Part shown: piece after piece, positions 8,826 through 18,873 of the stretch | Layout of the letters: every line of letters starts with the position of its first letter | Position numbering within the stretch: position 1 is the stretch's first letter | Origin: Chloroflexota bacterium | GTDB lineage: Bacteria; Chloroflexota; Dormibacteria; Dormibacterales; Dormibacteraceae | NCBI GenBank assembly: GCA_005880315.1 | Contig: VBHB01000081.1 | Location: forward strand, 1,616-65,615 | Reading direction: 5' to 3' | DNA: 64,000 nt | The notes under the pieces: model-generated | Databases searched by the model: none | Told to the model about the DNA's origin: nothing | Seen by the model: the letters and a program-made list of their open reading frames with translations, nothing else | Position numbers and translations under genes: made by a program

Positions 8826-9488
8826 CTACTTCGTTTGGCTCAAGCGGTCGAGGAGCTCTTGCAGAGTCACCTCCGCCAGCGACTCCAGCCGCAGGTCGGC
8901 TGCCCTCAGGTCGAGGCCCGCGGTGATGGGGTTGGGGATGGCGACGCAGAGAAGGCCGGCGCGCTTGGCGGCGGTGATGCCGTTGGGCGAGTCTTCGATT
9001 GCCACCGCCTCATTTGCCGGCACGCCAAGGCAGTCGACCACTGCCAGATAGAGGTCGGGCTCGGGTTTGACATGCTCGACGTCGTCCCGGCACCGGATGC
9101 AGTCGAAGCGTGCGAGGAGGCCGAGCCGCTGGAGATGCCCGTTGACCCAATCCCTCGATGAGCTCGAGGCGACTCCGACCTTCAGTCCCGCGGCCCCCGC
9201 TTCGTCGACTCGCTCGGCCACCCCTGGCAGGAGCGCCTGCGCCAGCACGAGCTCGATCCGCCGTTCCACGCGCCGGTTGATCACCTCCTCTGCGAGCGGG
9301 CGGCCCAGACGTTCTTCGAGATGGTGCTGCGGGTGGAAGGCCTGGTTCGAAGAGCCCACCGTTTTCACCCAGAGCTCGAACGGCAGCGCCACCCCGTGGG
9401 CCTCGTAAACCTCCGTCCACGAGCGATAGATCGGCCCCTCCGTGTCGAGGATGAGGCCGTCGAAATCGAAGATCAGGGCGCGGATCAC
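8826..9488 (-). CDS. HAD-superfamily hydrolase (beta-phosphoglucomutase-like subfamily IA)
   Basis: Motif I FDFDGLILDTE. C-terminal EDSPNGITAAKRAG. Confidence 0.85.
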   Translation of the reverse strand: MIRALIFDFDGLILDTEGPIYRSWTEVYEAHGVALPFELWVKTVGSSNQAFHPQHHLEERLGRPLAEEVINRRVERRIELVLAQALLPGVAERVDEAGAAGLKVGVASSSSRDWVNGHLQRLGLLARFDCIRCRDDVEHVKPEPDLYLAVVDCLGVPANEAVAIEDSPNGITAAKRAGLLCVAIPNPITAGLDLRAADLRLESLAEVTLQELLDRLSQTK

Positions 9489-9544
9489 GCGCTCGCAACT
9501 CTACCTAGCTTCAGTCGCGGTCCAAAGGCTTAGGATCGCGCCGA

Positions 9545-11248
9545 GTGGCTTCGAGAACTTCCCGTCTGACGCCGATGCGCGATTTGCAAGCCTCCCCGGG
9601 CTGGATCGGCGCCGGGCTTTCAGGCTTCGCCCTGATCGCCGTCGCGGCGATGCTGGTCGTGATCTTCGGCTTCCTTGACGCCACCCACTACACCTCGATG
9701 CAGAACCTCTTCACGCCCGATCCGCCGGCCGCGGCCGGCATTCTAGGCGTGGTAGGCGGCGCCGAGGGCGTCACGCTGAGCATCGTCATCCTGGTCGTCG
9801 TCTTCGGCATCCAGATGACCTCCTCGCGCTATTCGCCGCGGATCATCGGGCTCTTCACCACCAATCCGTTGAACGCGATCGTCCTCGGCTTCGCTCTCGC
9901 GTCGATTCTCTACACGTTCCTGGTTCGCGGCGAGGTCAAGACGAACTACGTGCCCCTCTGGAGTGTCTTGGCGGCGGTATTGCTCGGCGTCATCAACTTC
10001 GCGATCGTGTTTCCGTATATCGGCTACATCTTCGCGGTCATGCGTGCCGAGACCCTCGTCAACAGCATCCGGAGTCACGCACGCCGGCACCTGGCGCACG
10101 CGGTCGCGGGCAAGCAGATCGGCAAGTACCGTAACGACCTGCTCACGTCGATCAACCAGGTCACCGACATCGCGCTCGGGTCGGTGCAGCTCGGCGACAT
10201 GCCGGTCTGCTTGCTCGTCATCGGCGTGCTGGGCGAGTTTCTCGCCCAGGACTATTCGAAGGTGAAAAAGGGTTTCGGGCCGGAGTGGTTTCAAGTCGGG
10301 CACTCGGAGCTGCCCGGCGATTCCGACCAGATCGTCGCCGAGGTCAACCGCGCCCATACGTGGGTCGAGTACACGGTGCTCTCCAGCTTCGTGCACCTCG
10401 TCGGGCTCACGCCTGCCCATAGGAAGGAAGCTGTGCACGCGATCGCGGTGGCGACGCGCGACATCGGTCTGGCGGCCATCGACCGAGGAGACCCCGAGGT
10501 CGCCGAGCTGACGGTTCGCTTCTTCAACACTTACCTGCGTGCGGCGCTCAACCAATCGGCGCCGACTTTCGCGTCGACGACCATGAACGAATACCGCCGC
10601 TTCGCCATCGGAGCCCTCGAATGGCGCCCCGACATCTCGGTCGAAGCTGCGTCGCACGTGCTCCGCTATGGACGGCATTTCGACGAAGCCGGCATGCCCG
10701 CGATCTTCGGCGCTGCGGCCGAAGATGTAGCCGACCTCGCGATCGAAGCCTGGTCTCGCGATACAGAGGTCACGCGCCGGCTGGCGCAGCTGCTCGTGCG
10801 CAACCTTCTCGATCTGATTCCGAATGCCCGCCCCATCGGGCTGAACGGTCTCTTCAAGGCCGTCGCCAAGCTGACCTTCTGGGCCATGGCCGCGGAGGCG
10901 AAGGACATCGCCCACATCCTGGTCGAGGGCATCGCCGCGGCACCACCCGATTTCGTCGACGCCGCCCTCGACCGGATGGAGGTCATGCAGAACGGCCTGT
11001 TCTGGGAGGTCAACGAGCGCGTGGTGGCGTTCGACTGGGTCGAGGAGCCGCTGCGCGCCGAGATCCCGCGCCTGCGCACCGCCCTTCGCCGGGCCAAGGC
11101 GTCCGGGCGCGGGCTCACGATCGAGCTCGACGACCCGCGGCCAACCGGTCCCATCGACCTGGTCAAGCCGGAGCCGGCTGCAGCGCCACAGACCAACGGC
11201 GCCTCGAAAGAAGCCCCCGCCGCCAAGGAAACTACGCCGGCCGGTTGA
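9545..11248 (+). CDS. Membrane protein of unknown function (DUF2254-like, tentative)
   Basis: 567 aa with 4-5 N-terminal TM helices and a large soluble C-terminal part. Coding-like composition. The overlapping minus ORF 9743..10915 is Arg/Asp-rich junk. Confidence 0.6.
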   Translation: MASRTSRLTPMRDLQASPGWIGAGLSGFALIAVAAMLVVIFGFLDATHYTSMQNLFTPDPPAAAGILGVVGGAEGVTLSIVILVVVFGIQMTSSRYSPRIIGLFTTNPLNAIVLGFALASILYTFLVRGEVKTNYVPLWSVLAAVLLGVINFAIVFPYIGYIFAVMRAETLVNSIRSHARRHLAHAVAGKQIGKYRNDLLTSINQVTDIALGSVQLGDMPVCLLVIGVLGEFLAQDYSKVKKGFGPEWFQVGHSELPGDSDQIVAEVNRAHTWVEYTVLSSFVHLVGLTPAHRKEAVHAIAVATRDIGLAAIDRGDPEVAELTVRFFNTYLRAALNQSAPTFASTTMNEYRRFAIGALEWRPDISVEAASHVLRYGRHFDEAGMPAIFGAAAEDVADLAIEAWSRDTEVTRRLAQLLVRNLLDLIPNARPIGLNGLFKAVAKLTFWAMAAEAKDIAHILVEGIAAAPPDFVDAALDRMEVMQNGLFWEVNERVVAFDWVEEPLRAEIPRLRTALRRAKASGRGLTIELDDPRPTGPIDLVKPEPAAAPQTNGASKEAPAAKETTPAG

Positions 11249-11615
11249 TCATCGCGGTCGATGTGGTCTCGAAATAGTCGACAAGCGCCTTGCGAATTTC
11301 AGGCGCCAGGTGCAGCGAGTCGACCGCCGCCGTCATGTGTCTCAGCCACGCATCGCGCTCGGCCTGGCCGATCGCGAACGGTTGGTGGCGCAGGCGCAGC
11401 CTGGGGTGGCCACGACGCGCGCTGTAATCATCGGGCCCGCCCCAGTACTGGATCAGAAAGAGGGTCAAACGCTCGGTCGCGGCGGTCAGGTCCTCCTCCG
11501 GGTACACGGCGCGTAAAACAGGATCTGAGGCGACGCCCGCGTAGAAACGCTCGACCAACACTTCGAAGGTCTCGGCTCCGCCCACCGCCTCGAACACGCT
11601 CACGCCCTTGACCAT
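11232..11615 (-). CDS. glbO: Group II truncated haemoglobin (trHbO)
   Basis: Internal ATG at 11615 of track ORF 11232..11972. FEAVGGAETFEVLVERFYAGVASDPVLRAVYPE...LFLIQYWGGPDDYSARRGHPRLRLRH is a typical trHbO. Confidence 0.85.
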   Translation of the reverse strand: MVKGVSVFEAVGGAETFEVLVERFYAGVASDPVLRAVYPEEDLTAATERLTLFLIQYWGGPDDYSARRGHPRLRLRHQPFAIGQAERDAWLRHMTAAVDSLHLAPEIRKALVDYFETTSTAMINRPA

Positions 11616-11631
11616 AAAGGGTGAATAGACT

Positions 11632-12108
11632 TTGGAAACGATGGCGAGCCCGCGGCAGCTTCGCATCACTTTTCTGTTTGCGCTCGTGATGCTGATCGCG
11701 CAGTTTCTTCTCGGCATGGCGGTCAACCTCTTCGTGACGATCCCCGACCAGCACCCAGGCGCGAACCCGCCTGAGTACTTCAGCGGGGTGGCACAGAGCG
11801 TGACCTGGGCGATCCTGCACGGCCACATCCTGCTGGCGATCCATGCCGCCTTCGGGCTCGTGATCGTGCTCGCCGCTTTAGGCACGCTGGTGCAGGCGAT
11901 CGGGAATCGCCGGCGCGGCATCGTGGTATCAGCGGTGTTCGGGTTCATCGGCGTGTTAGCCGCCGGCTTCAACGGGGGCAGCTTCCTGAACTACAACCAG
12001 GACTTCAGCTCGATGCTCATGGCCGCGGGTTTCGCGGTCGCGGTCGTGGCCTACTCCGCCGGCCTCTACATAGCGAACGACGAAACGTCAACCCGGACCA
12101 CCGCCTAA
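11632..12108 (+). CDS. Four-TM membrane protein, unknown function
   Basis: 158 aa, hydrophobic, with a His-containing helix (WAILHGHILLAIHAAFG). Divergent from glbO. Confidence 0.6.
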   Translation: METMASPRQLRITFLFALVMLIAQFLLGMAVNLFVTIPDQHPGANPPEYFSGVAQSVTWAILHGHILLAIHAAFGLVIVLAALGTLVQAIGNRRRGIVVSAVFGFIGVLAAGFNGGSFLNYNQDFSSMLMAAGFAVAVVAYSAGLYIANDETSTRTTA

Positions 12109-12605
12109 GACTCGAAGTCCCATTTCGTCGGCGAGCCGGTGAAGTCGCCGTACGCGAGGCCGAAGGCCCACCTTGGTGTGACGCGAAAGCACGAGTTGAC
12201 TGAAGGATCCAGCGACTCGATCTCGTAATCCGTCTCGTACTTGGTGTTCTCCAGCGCGAGCAACATGCCGAGCTCGTTCGGATCCGTCAGCAGTCGTGCC
12301 ATGCCTTCGACGACAACCGGGTTCAAAGCGTCCTCTGTCGTGACCACGCATCGCTGATTGGCGCCGAGGTTTTTCGACTTGCGCGAAAGCCGGCTGCTGC
12401 TGAACCAGAAAGAATCGTCATGCCACATGCCCCACACAGGCATCGCGTGCGGCCTCCCGTCAGGCCACACCGTGGCGATCCAGTAGTTGCGCGAAGACAC
12501 CAGCCGCTCCTCGGCCCATGACCAGGGCAACAGACCGGTACCTTCGCCGGCCGGCAGCATGCCGTAACCCGGCATATATGGACGCGAGACCGACCTCGAC
12601 GTCAT
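12105..12605 (-). CDS. Pyridoxamine 5'-phosphate oxidase family protein (PPOX-class, possibly F420-dependent)
   Basis: Internal ATG at 12605. The sequence RNYWIATVWPDGRPHAMPVWGMWHDDSFWFSS is characteristic of PPOX-fold proteins. Confidence 0.75.
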   Translation of the reverse strand: MTSRSVSRPYMPGYGMLPAGEGTGLLPWSWAEERLVSSRNYWIATVWPDGRPHAMPVWGMWHDDSFWFSSSRLSRKSKNLGANQRCVVTTEDALNPVVVEGMARLLTDPNELGMLLALENTKYETDYEIESLDPSVNSCFRVTPRWAFGLAYGDFTGSPTKWDFES

Positions 12606-13504
12606 GTCTTGCCTGGAGTTACGCCGGCGCCTTCGAAGATCTCGTTCACCGGCCTGGCGATCGCCTGCGCCGCCTTCAGCCCTTTGGCATCGAGGTATCG
12701 CTCCACGATCCTGCGGCCGACGGCGTAGCCGCCCATGTGGGGAATGCCCACAGGTTCCGACCCGACTCGGCGAGCAACGTCGTCGCCCAGCACGTACGGA
12801 CTCCAGTCTCGAAACGTGGTGCCGGTGCCGAACGCGGCGACCACCTTGTCCCACGTCTCATCGAACACCTTCCCGGTGACGTCTTGGTACCAGGCACCCG
12901 TGGAATCGGGACCGCACACCTCGACCGTGAAGACTTCAGCGAGGCCTTCGTGCACGACCCACTCCGCAAGGTTGAACGGCCCGTCGACATTCGGCGTGCG
13001 GATGTTGTGCGCCAGCTCATGCACCGCGCACGCGCCGATCCTCGTCTCGTTGTAATCGGTCGGCCAGGCCACCATCCAGATCGTTCCGGGCGTCGCCCCC
13101 ATGCCGTAATACCCGTGCGTTCGGTCCAGGAAGATCGGGTCGTCGGGGTTGCCGAGCGTGAGCGTAACTTCGATCCGGTCCGGGTGATGGATGCCGGGCA
13201 GCGCGGCATTCTGGTAATCCCACGCGCGGGCAAGCTCACGCTTGATCTGTCCCCATGCATCGGCTTTGCCCAGGCGATCGACCGCCGCCGGGTAACGCGG
13301 GTCGTCGACCTCGACACGGAATCCGTCGCCGCGCTCGTGGATCTGGCGGAGCATCTCCATACCCGCGGTGTCGAAAGACGAGACGCCGCGCATCGCGGCG
13401 AGCGCGTCGAGCCGAGCCGACACCGGAAGGGTGAACAGCCGCTTCAGCGCGGCTGCGTCGTCGTGGACCGCGAACTCGATCTGGTCGTCGGTGCTAAGCG
13501 CCAT
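12602..13504 (-). CDS. DUF2268-like putative Zn-dependent protease
   Basis: HExxH motif in CAVHELAHNIR. ATG at 13504 (alternative at 13576). Its stop overlaps the downstream start. Confidence 0.65.
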   Translation of the reverse strand: MALSTDDQIEFAVHDDAAALKRLFTLPVSARLDALAAMRGVSSFDTAGMEMLRQIHERGDGFRVEVDDPRYPAAVDRLGKADAWGQIKRELARAWDYQNAALPGIHHPDRIEVTLTLGNPDDPIFLDRTHGYYGMGATPGTIWMVAWPTDYNETRIGACAVHELAHNIRTPNVDGPFNLAEWVVHEGLAEVFTVEVCGPDSTGAWYQDVTGKVFDETWDKVVAAFGTGTTFRDWSPYVLGDDVARRVGSEPVGIPHMGGYAVGRRIVERYLDAKGLKAAQAIARPVNEIFEGAGVTPGKT

Positions 13505-13551
13505 CGTCTTACAGAACCCTGAAGCCTTGGCCAAGTTCCATGTGTATCTAG

Positions 13552-14352
13552 TTGGCAATTGTGAGCCTGGACTCATCCCGGACCGCGGCCGCCATCCCGG
13601 GACAGTTGATCGTCCTCGTAAGAGGATGGGCGCCTTTTGTGATCCTGCTCGTCGCGTACGAGGCCATGCGCGACGTCGCGGCGGTCGTGGGCATGCCGGC
13701 GCATGACCTGGCCCGCTTCGACCGCGCGCTCTTCGACGGCTACCAGCCGACCCTGGTCATGCAGGCGGTGGTCGGCAAGCTGGCCGACGCCGACCTCTTC
13801 GAGGACCTTGGCAGCGCGGTCTACCTCACGCATTTCCTGCTTCCCATCGCCCTGGGCGCCTGGCTCTGGGCCACCGACCGGAAAGCGTTTCGGACCTTCG
13901 GGCTGACGCTGGTGGCGCTGTGCGCGCTGGCTTTTGCAACGTACGTGATCGCTCCCACCACGCCGCCGTGGCTCGCCCAGCCCGGCACCGTGCGGCACCT
14001 CATCGAGGACACGATTCAGCGCAGCGGGGTGCCGGCAAGCGTGGTGTGGCTGTACTCCCACCACGACTACAACCTCTATGCCGCGTTTCCCTCGCTGCAT
14101 GCGGGCTTCCCTGTGGTCGCCGCCACGGCTGCTTGGCGGCAGAGCCGCAAAGTGGGCGTCGTCTTATGGGTGTGGGCAGTGATCGTCTGGATCGTCGTCG
14201 TCTACCTCGGCGAGCACTACGTAACGGATGTCATCGGTGGCGTGGCTTACGCCACCATCGCGATTGTGATCGTCCGAACCCTGTCGGCCCGATTGGGTCG
14301 CGCTTCTCATTCGGCGATCGCCGGCGTGATCGCGGGCACGACGTCTGAATAG
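13552..14352 (+). CDS. PAP2-superfamily membrane protein (PAP2_3 / inositolphosphotransferase-like)
   Basis: Polytopic. Motifs FPSLHAG and GEHYVTDVIGG. Confidence 0.7.
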   Translation: MAIVSLDSSRTAAAIPGQLIVLVRGWAPFVILLVAYEAMRDVAAVVGMPAHDLARFDRALFDGYQPTLVMQAVVGKLADADLFEDLGSAVYLTHFLLPIALGAWLWATDRKAFRTFGLTLVALCALAFATYVIAPTTPPWLAQPGTVRHLIEDTIQRSGVPASVVWLYSHHDYNLYAAFPSLHAGFPVVAATAAWRQSRKVGVVLWVWAVIVWIVVVYLGEHYVTDVIGGVAYATIAIVIVRTLSARLGRASHSAIAGVIAGTTSE

Positions 14353-15506
14353 CGCTCGATCTCCTTCTCGGTGGGTAAGAACCACGCGAGGACGATCGTG
14401 CCGGCCACCAGGATCACATGCGTCATCAGCGATTCTTGCAGGCCAACTGCGTCGCCGATGGCGCCGTTGATGGGGATGCCTATCGCCCCGGTGACAAATC
14501 CCAAGCCCATCACCAGGCCAGACGCGAGCCCCGCCCGCGAAGCCATCAGCTGCTGTGCCATCAACAGCATCAGCGGCGCAGTCGAGGCGGCCAGGACGCC
14601 GATGAGGATCGCGCTCGCGAAGGCCCACGGCCCGGGGAACAACGTGTACAGGAGGATGGCCGGGATGCTCGCCACCAGCGTGGCGAGAATGACTGTGCGG
14701 CGGCCGTAGCGATCGGCAAGCGACCCACAGCCCACCGTGCCGACAGCGCTCGCCAGCACGAGAGTCGTCACCAGCGGGCCGTAGAACTCAGGACCGTAGC
14801 CAAGCTGCCGGTACCACGTCGGCGTGAACGCTTGAAAGGCGCCGACGGTCCAGCTGCGCGACATCATCACGCCGATCACCATCGCCAGCGCGAACACCGG
14901 CACCGGGCCCGTGGCGGCGGCCGCTGCTTTCAAGGTTGTGGCTTTGGGGAGCGCCTGGTCGCGCACCCGCCACAGGAGGTAAGTGCCAGTCGCAATGCCG
15001 GGCACGAGCAGCAGGCCCGTGCCGTGAACGCCGAACAGCGCCAGGACCCCGATTCCGATCAACGGCCCCAGCGCTACGCCGACCGTGCCGGCGGTGACGT
15101 AGATCGACATGCCCAGGCTCCGCCGCCAGGTCGGAAGCAGCGCGCGCACGTCGAGTGCGCCGAACGGATGGAACGCCCCGGAGCCAAGACCCGATGCACA
15201 GGCGAGCACCAGGAGGAGGGGAAACGTCGGCACGAAGCCGACGAGCGCGAAGGTGAGTGCGGTCCACGCCAGGGAGTATCCGGTGAAGCGCGTCCCGTAG
15301 CGGTCGGCGATCACGCCAAAAAGAGGCTGCGAGATTGCCGCCGTACCCGTGTACGCGAGGCTGACAAGCCCTACTGTGGCCAGGGTCAGATGAAACCGTC
15401 CGATCAGCACCGGGTACAGCACCGGTATGACGCCGACATAGCTGTCGACCGTCAGGTGACCGAGCATCAAGCTGACCAGCTTGCCGTTGCGGAGGAAGTC
15501 CCACAC
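14307..15506 (-). CDS. MFS transporter
   Basis: 12-TM pattern with GVIADRYGTRF and LADRYGRR loops. The upstream part of the track ORF looks non-coding. GTG at 15506 is the proposed start. Confidence 0.8.
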   Translation of the reverse strand: MWDFLRNGKLVSLMLGHLTVDSYVGVIPVLYPVLIGRFHLTLATVGLVSLAYTGTAAISQPLFGVIADRYGTRFTGYSLAWTALTFALVGFVPTFPLLLVLACASGLGSGAFHPFGALDVRALLPTWRRSLGMSIYVTAGTVGVALGPLIGIGVLALFGVHGTGLLLVPGIATGTYLLWRVRDQALPKATTLKAAAAATGPVPVFALAMVIGVMMSRSWTVGAFQAFTPTWYRQLGYGPEFYGPLVTTLVLASAVGTVGCGSLADRYGRRTVILATLVASIPAILLYTLFPGPWAFASAILIGVLAASTAPLMLLMAQQLMASRAGLASGLVMGLGFVTGAIGIPINGAIGDAVGLQESLMTHVILVAGTIVLAWFLPTEKEIERYSDVVPAITPAIAE

Positions 15507-16479
15507 TTTTGTCAGATCTATGATGCCCGGCGTGGGTGAGCTCCTATATCTGAGCCGCGAAGAGGTGGAGCGCCTGCTCGACATCGACGCGATGCTCGAT
15601 GCCCTGGGCAAGGCGCTGATCGCCTTCTCGGCCGGGATCACGACCGTCCCCCCACGCGTCGGCATCCGCGTGCCGGATCTCGGCATCCTCGGCACCATGC
15701 CGGGCTATGTGCCGGGAGTGGCGCTCGAGGTGAAGCTCGTGTCGGTCTTCCCGGGCAACCGTGACCCGCTGCCGTCACACCAGGGGTTGATCGCACTGTT
15801 CGACGAAGGCGATGGCAGGCCGCTGGCGATCATGGATGGCACGTACATCACCGGTATCCGGACCGGTGGAACCGCCGCTGTGGCGGCTCGCGCGCTGGCG
15901 CGCAAAGATGCGCGGGTGCTGGCCATCCTCGGCGCCGGCGTGCAGGGCGCCTCGCACCTCGAGACCTTTCCCCGCATTCGCGACTTCCAGGAGATCAGGA
16001 TCGCGTCGCGAGACGGCGACAAGGCTGCCCGCCTGGCCTCGAGGCATCCTCGCGCCGTCGTCGCCGCCTCCTTCGAGGAGGCTGTCCGCGGCGCCGACGT
16101 TGTCGCCTGCTGCACCGACGCGCGCGAGCCGGTGATCCGTCGCGCCTGGCTGAAGCCGGGCGTGCACGTCAGCTCCGTCGGCGGCACATTCGGCCCGGAG
16201 ATAGATCGCGAGACGATGACCTCGTCGCGTGTGTTCGTGGAATGGCGAGGAGCGGCCACGAATCCGCCCCCCGCGGGCGCGCATGATCTCCAGGGCCTCG
16301 ATCCCGATGCGCTGACAGAGGTCGGCGAGGTGTTGGCCGGCACGCGGCCCGGGCGCACTGGTGACGACGAGATCACCGTTTACAAGTCGACCGGTCACGC
16401 TGTCGAGGACGCCGCCACCGCCAGGCTGGTTTACGACCGTGCGCGCGGGGAGGGAGCCGGGGTCAGCCTTCCGTTGTAG
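15481..16479 (+). CDS. Ornithine cyclodeaminase / mu-crystallin family protein
   Basis: LLYLSREEVERLLD..., ITGIRTGGTAAVAARALA, ILGAGVQG Rossmann. The true start may be ATG at 15520. Confidence 0.85.
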   Translation: MPLRRKSHTFVRSMMPGVGELLYLSREEVERLLDIDAMLDALGKALIAFSAGITTVPPRVGIRVPDLGILGTMPGYVPGVALEVKLVSVFPGNRDPLPSHQGLIALFDEGDGRPLAIMDGTYITGIRTGGTAAVAARALARKDARVLAILGAGVQGASHLETFPRIRDFQEIRIASRDGDKAARLASRHPRAVVAASFEEAVRGADVVACCTDAREPVIRRAWLKPGVHVSSVGGTFGPEIDRETMTSSRVFVEWRGAATNPPPAGAHDLQGLDPDALTEVGEVLAGTRPGRTGDDEITVYKSTGHAVEDAATARLVYDRARGEGAGVSLPL

Positions 16480-17121
16480 TCAGATCTCTATCAGTCGGGA
16501 TGGGATTGCGTTGACGATCAGCGTCGTCCCCAGCCGTTGCTGGGGCTGCGCCACTCCATAAGGATGGACGTGGCCGTGCACGAGGAGGCGCGGCGACAGG
16601 TTCTTGATCAAGCGGTTGAAGGCGCTGAAGCCGCGGTGCGCGAGGTCGTTCTCTTTGGCCCCGAATCCCTCGGGTGGTGCGTGCGTCAACAACACGTCGA
16701 GGCGGCGGCCGTTCCGCCTCCGGCGCAGGCGCGCCAGCATCTCCATGCGCCACGCCCGCCAGCGCATCTCAGCCTCTGAGTACTGGTTGGGCCCGGGCCG
16801 GTACCGCATCGACCCGCCGAGGCCGGCGATGCGAAGCCCAGCGGCATCCTCGACCCGTCCGTCGACGTTGATGCACCCCGGCGGCCCCTTCCCGAGCGGC
16901 TCGGCCCGCAGCGGCGACCAGGTTTCGTCCACCGGCCTTAGGTCGGGGTCGTGATTTCCCGGGACGTACAGCAGCGGCACGTTGAGGCGGCTGACGATGT
17001 ACTCGAGGTAGTCGGACGGCAGGTCTCCACAGGACAGCACGATATCCGCCTGCATGCGGATCAGCTTGTCGCCGTAAAGACCCTCGTCGACCTCGTCGGC
17101 GACCGCAAGTATTCGCGTCAA
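16480..17121 (-). CDS. Metallophosphoesterase
   Basis: ILAVADEVD, CGDL, GNHD, THAPP and GHVH motifs. Confidence 0.85.
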   Translation of the reverse strand: MTRILAVADEVDEGLYGDKLIRMQADIVLSCGDLPSDYLEYIVSRLNVPLLYVPGNHDPDLRPVDETWSPLRAEPLGKGPPGCINVDGRVEDAAGLRIAGLGGSMRYRPGPNQYSEAEMRWRAWRMEMLARLRRRRNGRRLDVLLTHAPPEGFGAKENDLAHRGFSAFNRLIKNLSPRLLVHGHVHPYGVAQPQQRLGTTLIVNAIPSRLIEI

Positions 17122-17133
17122 CTACAAGGGAGG

Positions 17134-18873
17134 TTAGGCCAGAACTTCGCGCCGGTGGGACAGATGCTCGATCTCCGCAGCACGCACGCCGTCGAAACCG
17201 GCGGCGAGCCCATTCTTGAGGACACGCGCGATCTGCTTGGCGGAATGGAGCCTTGGGACGTAGACGAAGTCGGCCCCTGCCTTATAGAAATGAAGGGCCT
17301 GCGGGATGTGATCGGTCGTCAACATGACCTTGGCTCTTGGACAGCTGGCGCGGGCGTTACGGAGCAGCCGGAGGTTATCGGTGCCGCGAAGGATGTCGTC
17401 CGGGATGCTGCTGACGACGAGCTCCGCGTTCTCGATCCCCGCGTGACGCAATGTGTCGGCATGCGCGATGTCGCCATACACGATGCTGATGCCGCGCCTC
17501 TGCAGCTCCCGCATCACCGTGGGGTTGAAGTCGATGACCAAGACCTTGTCGAGCATGACCTGACCCTCGACGGCTGAGCCCTCGCTTTCCAGTTCCAGGA
17601 GGATCGAGCTGGCGTCGCGGTAGAACCCGAGGAAGATCATCGTCTCGGGCCGCGCTTCCGCTCGCTGCGGAGCGGCCTCACCCTGATCGAGGTCCCGGAC
17701 GCGGAGCAGCCTCAGCCCGCCGCTCAGAACCTCCTGCACGCGATGGCTCGAGTTGATCATGTACGTCGACACGACCGAGGTGATGGCGAATGTCATGATC
17801 ACGATCGTCACCACGTCGCTGTTGATCTGGTGATACGTCAGACCGATCGAGGCGATCACGATCGAGAACTCGCTGACCTGGGCCAGGTTTATGGCCGGAA
17901 GCAGGCTGGCGCGATGGCCCATTTTGAGGAAATAGAGAATCGGCACGACCGACAGCCTGCTGACGATCACGAAGGTCGATGCGGCGAGGGCGATCTCCAC
18001 CACCTGCAGCGTGGGGATGCTGATCTGCATGCCGAGCGCGACGAAGAAGAGGGTGACGAAGAAATCGCGGATGCTGACCGCCTTGGCCATGACGTCGAGG
18101 TTGTAGGGAAAGGTGGACAGGCTCACCCCCGCGATCAGCGCCCCCATCTCTCGGGAGAGTCCGATCACGCTCGCTGCGCTCGCCAGGAAGAAGCACCATG
18201 CGAGCGCGCTGACCAGCACGAGCTCAGGCGCCTTGGCGACCGAACGGAACAGAAATGGAAGGACGTACTTGGCCATGAAAAAGCCGCCGGTCACGAGCAG
18301 GGCGCCCTTCCACAGTGAGAACGCCAGCGGAAGCAGGTTTGGGTTTGTGAGGTTGGGCTGCACGGCAAGCATTCCGACTGCCCAGATGTCCTGGATGACC
18401 AGCACTCCAAGCGTGATGCGGCCGGGCAGTGTATCCAGCTCGAACTTGTCGTTGAGCAGCTTGACCACCACCAACGTGCTCGACAGGCTCATGCAGGCCG
18501 CGAGGTACAGGAGCGCGTAGTTGCCGCCGGAGTTGCGCACGCCGAGCAGATAGAAGAAGCCGAGGCCGAGGGCGATGCAGATAGGTACCTGTAGGGCGCC
18601 GGTGAGCAGCACGGGCAGCCCGGCGGAGGAGAGTTTCTTGAGGTCGATCTCGAGGCCGATGATGAAGAGAAGGAGGATGAGACCGATCTCCGCGACGGTC
18701 TGGATGCTTTCCTGGTTCTTCACCCAGTTGAACCCCACCGGCCCGATGACGACGCCGGTCACGAGGTAGGCCAGGATCAAGGGCTGTCGCAGCCTCCAGC
18801 CGACCACGGCGAGGACCGCTGCGGCGCCGACGCAGATTCCGATGCTCGACAGGAGGTCGCTGGGGACCGTCAC
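17134..18873 (-). CDS. CPA2-family cation:proton antiporter with C-terminal RCK/TrkA-N domain (Kef-like)
   Basis: 579 aa with about 12 TM helices, followed by a soluble Rossmann-like domain (MIFLGFYR...VIDFN...GDIAHADTL). Confidence 0.85.
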   Translation of the reverse strand: MTVPSDLLSSIGICVGAAAVLAVVGWRLRQPLILAYLVTGVVIGPVGFNWVKNQESIQTVAEIGLILLLFIIGLEIDLKKLSSAGLPVLLTGALQVPICIALGLGFFYLLGVRNSGGNYALLYLAACMSLSSTLVVVKLLNDKFELDTLPGRITLGVLVIQDIWAVGMLAVQPNLTNPNLLPLAFSLWKGALLVTGGFFMAKYVLPFLFRSVAKAPELVLVSALAWCFFLASAASVIGLSREMGALIAGVSLSTFPYNLDVMAKAVSIRDFFVTLFFVALGMQISIPTLQVVEIALAASTFVIVSRLSVVPILYFLKMGHRASLLPAINLAQVSEFSIVIASIGLTYHQINSDVVTIVIMTFAITSVVSTYMINSSHRVQEVLSGGLRLLRVRDLDQGEAAPQRAEARPETMIFLGFYRDASSILLELESEGSAVEGQVMLDKVLVIDFNPTVMRELQRRGISIVYGDIAHADTLRHAGIENAELVVSSIPDDILRGTDNLRLLRNARASCPRAKVMLTTDHIPQALHFYKAGADFVYVPRLHSAKQIARVLKNGLAAGFDGVRAAEIEHLSHRREVLA

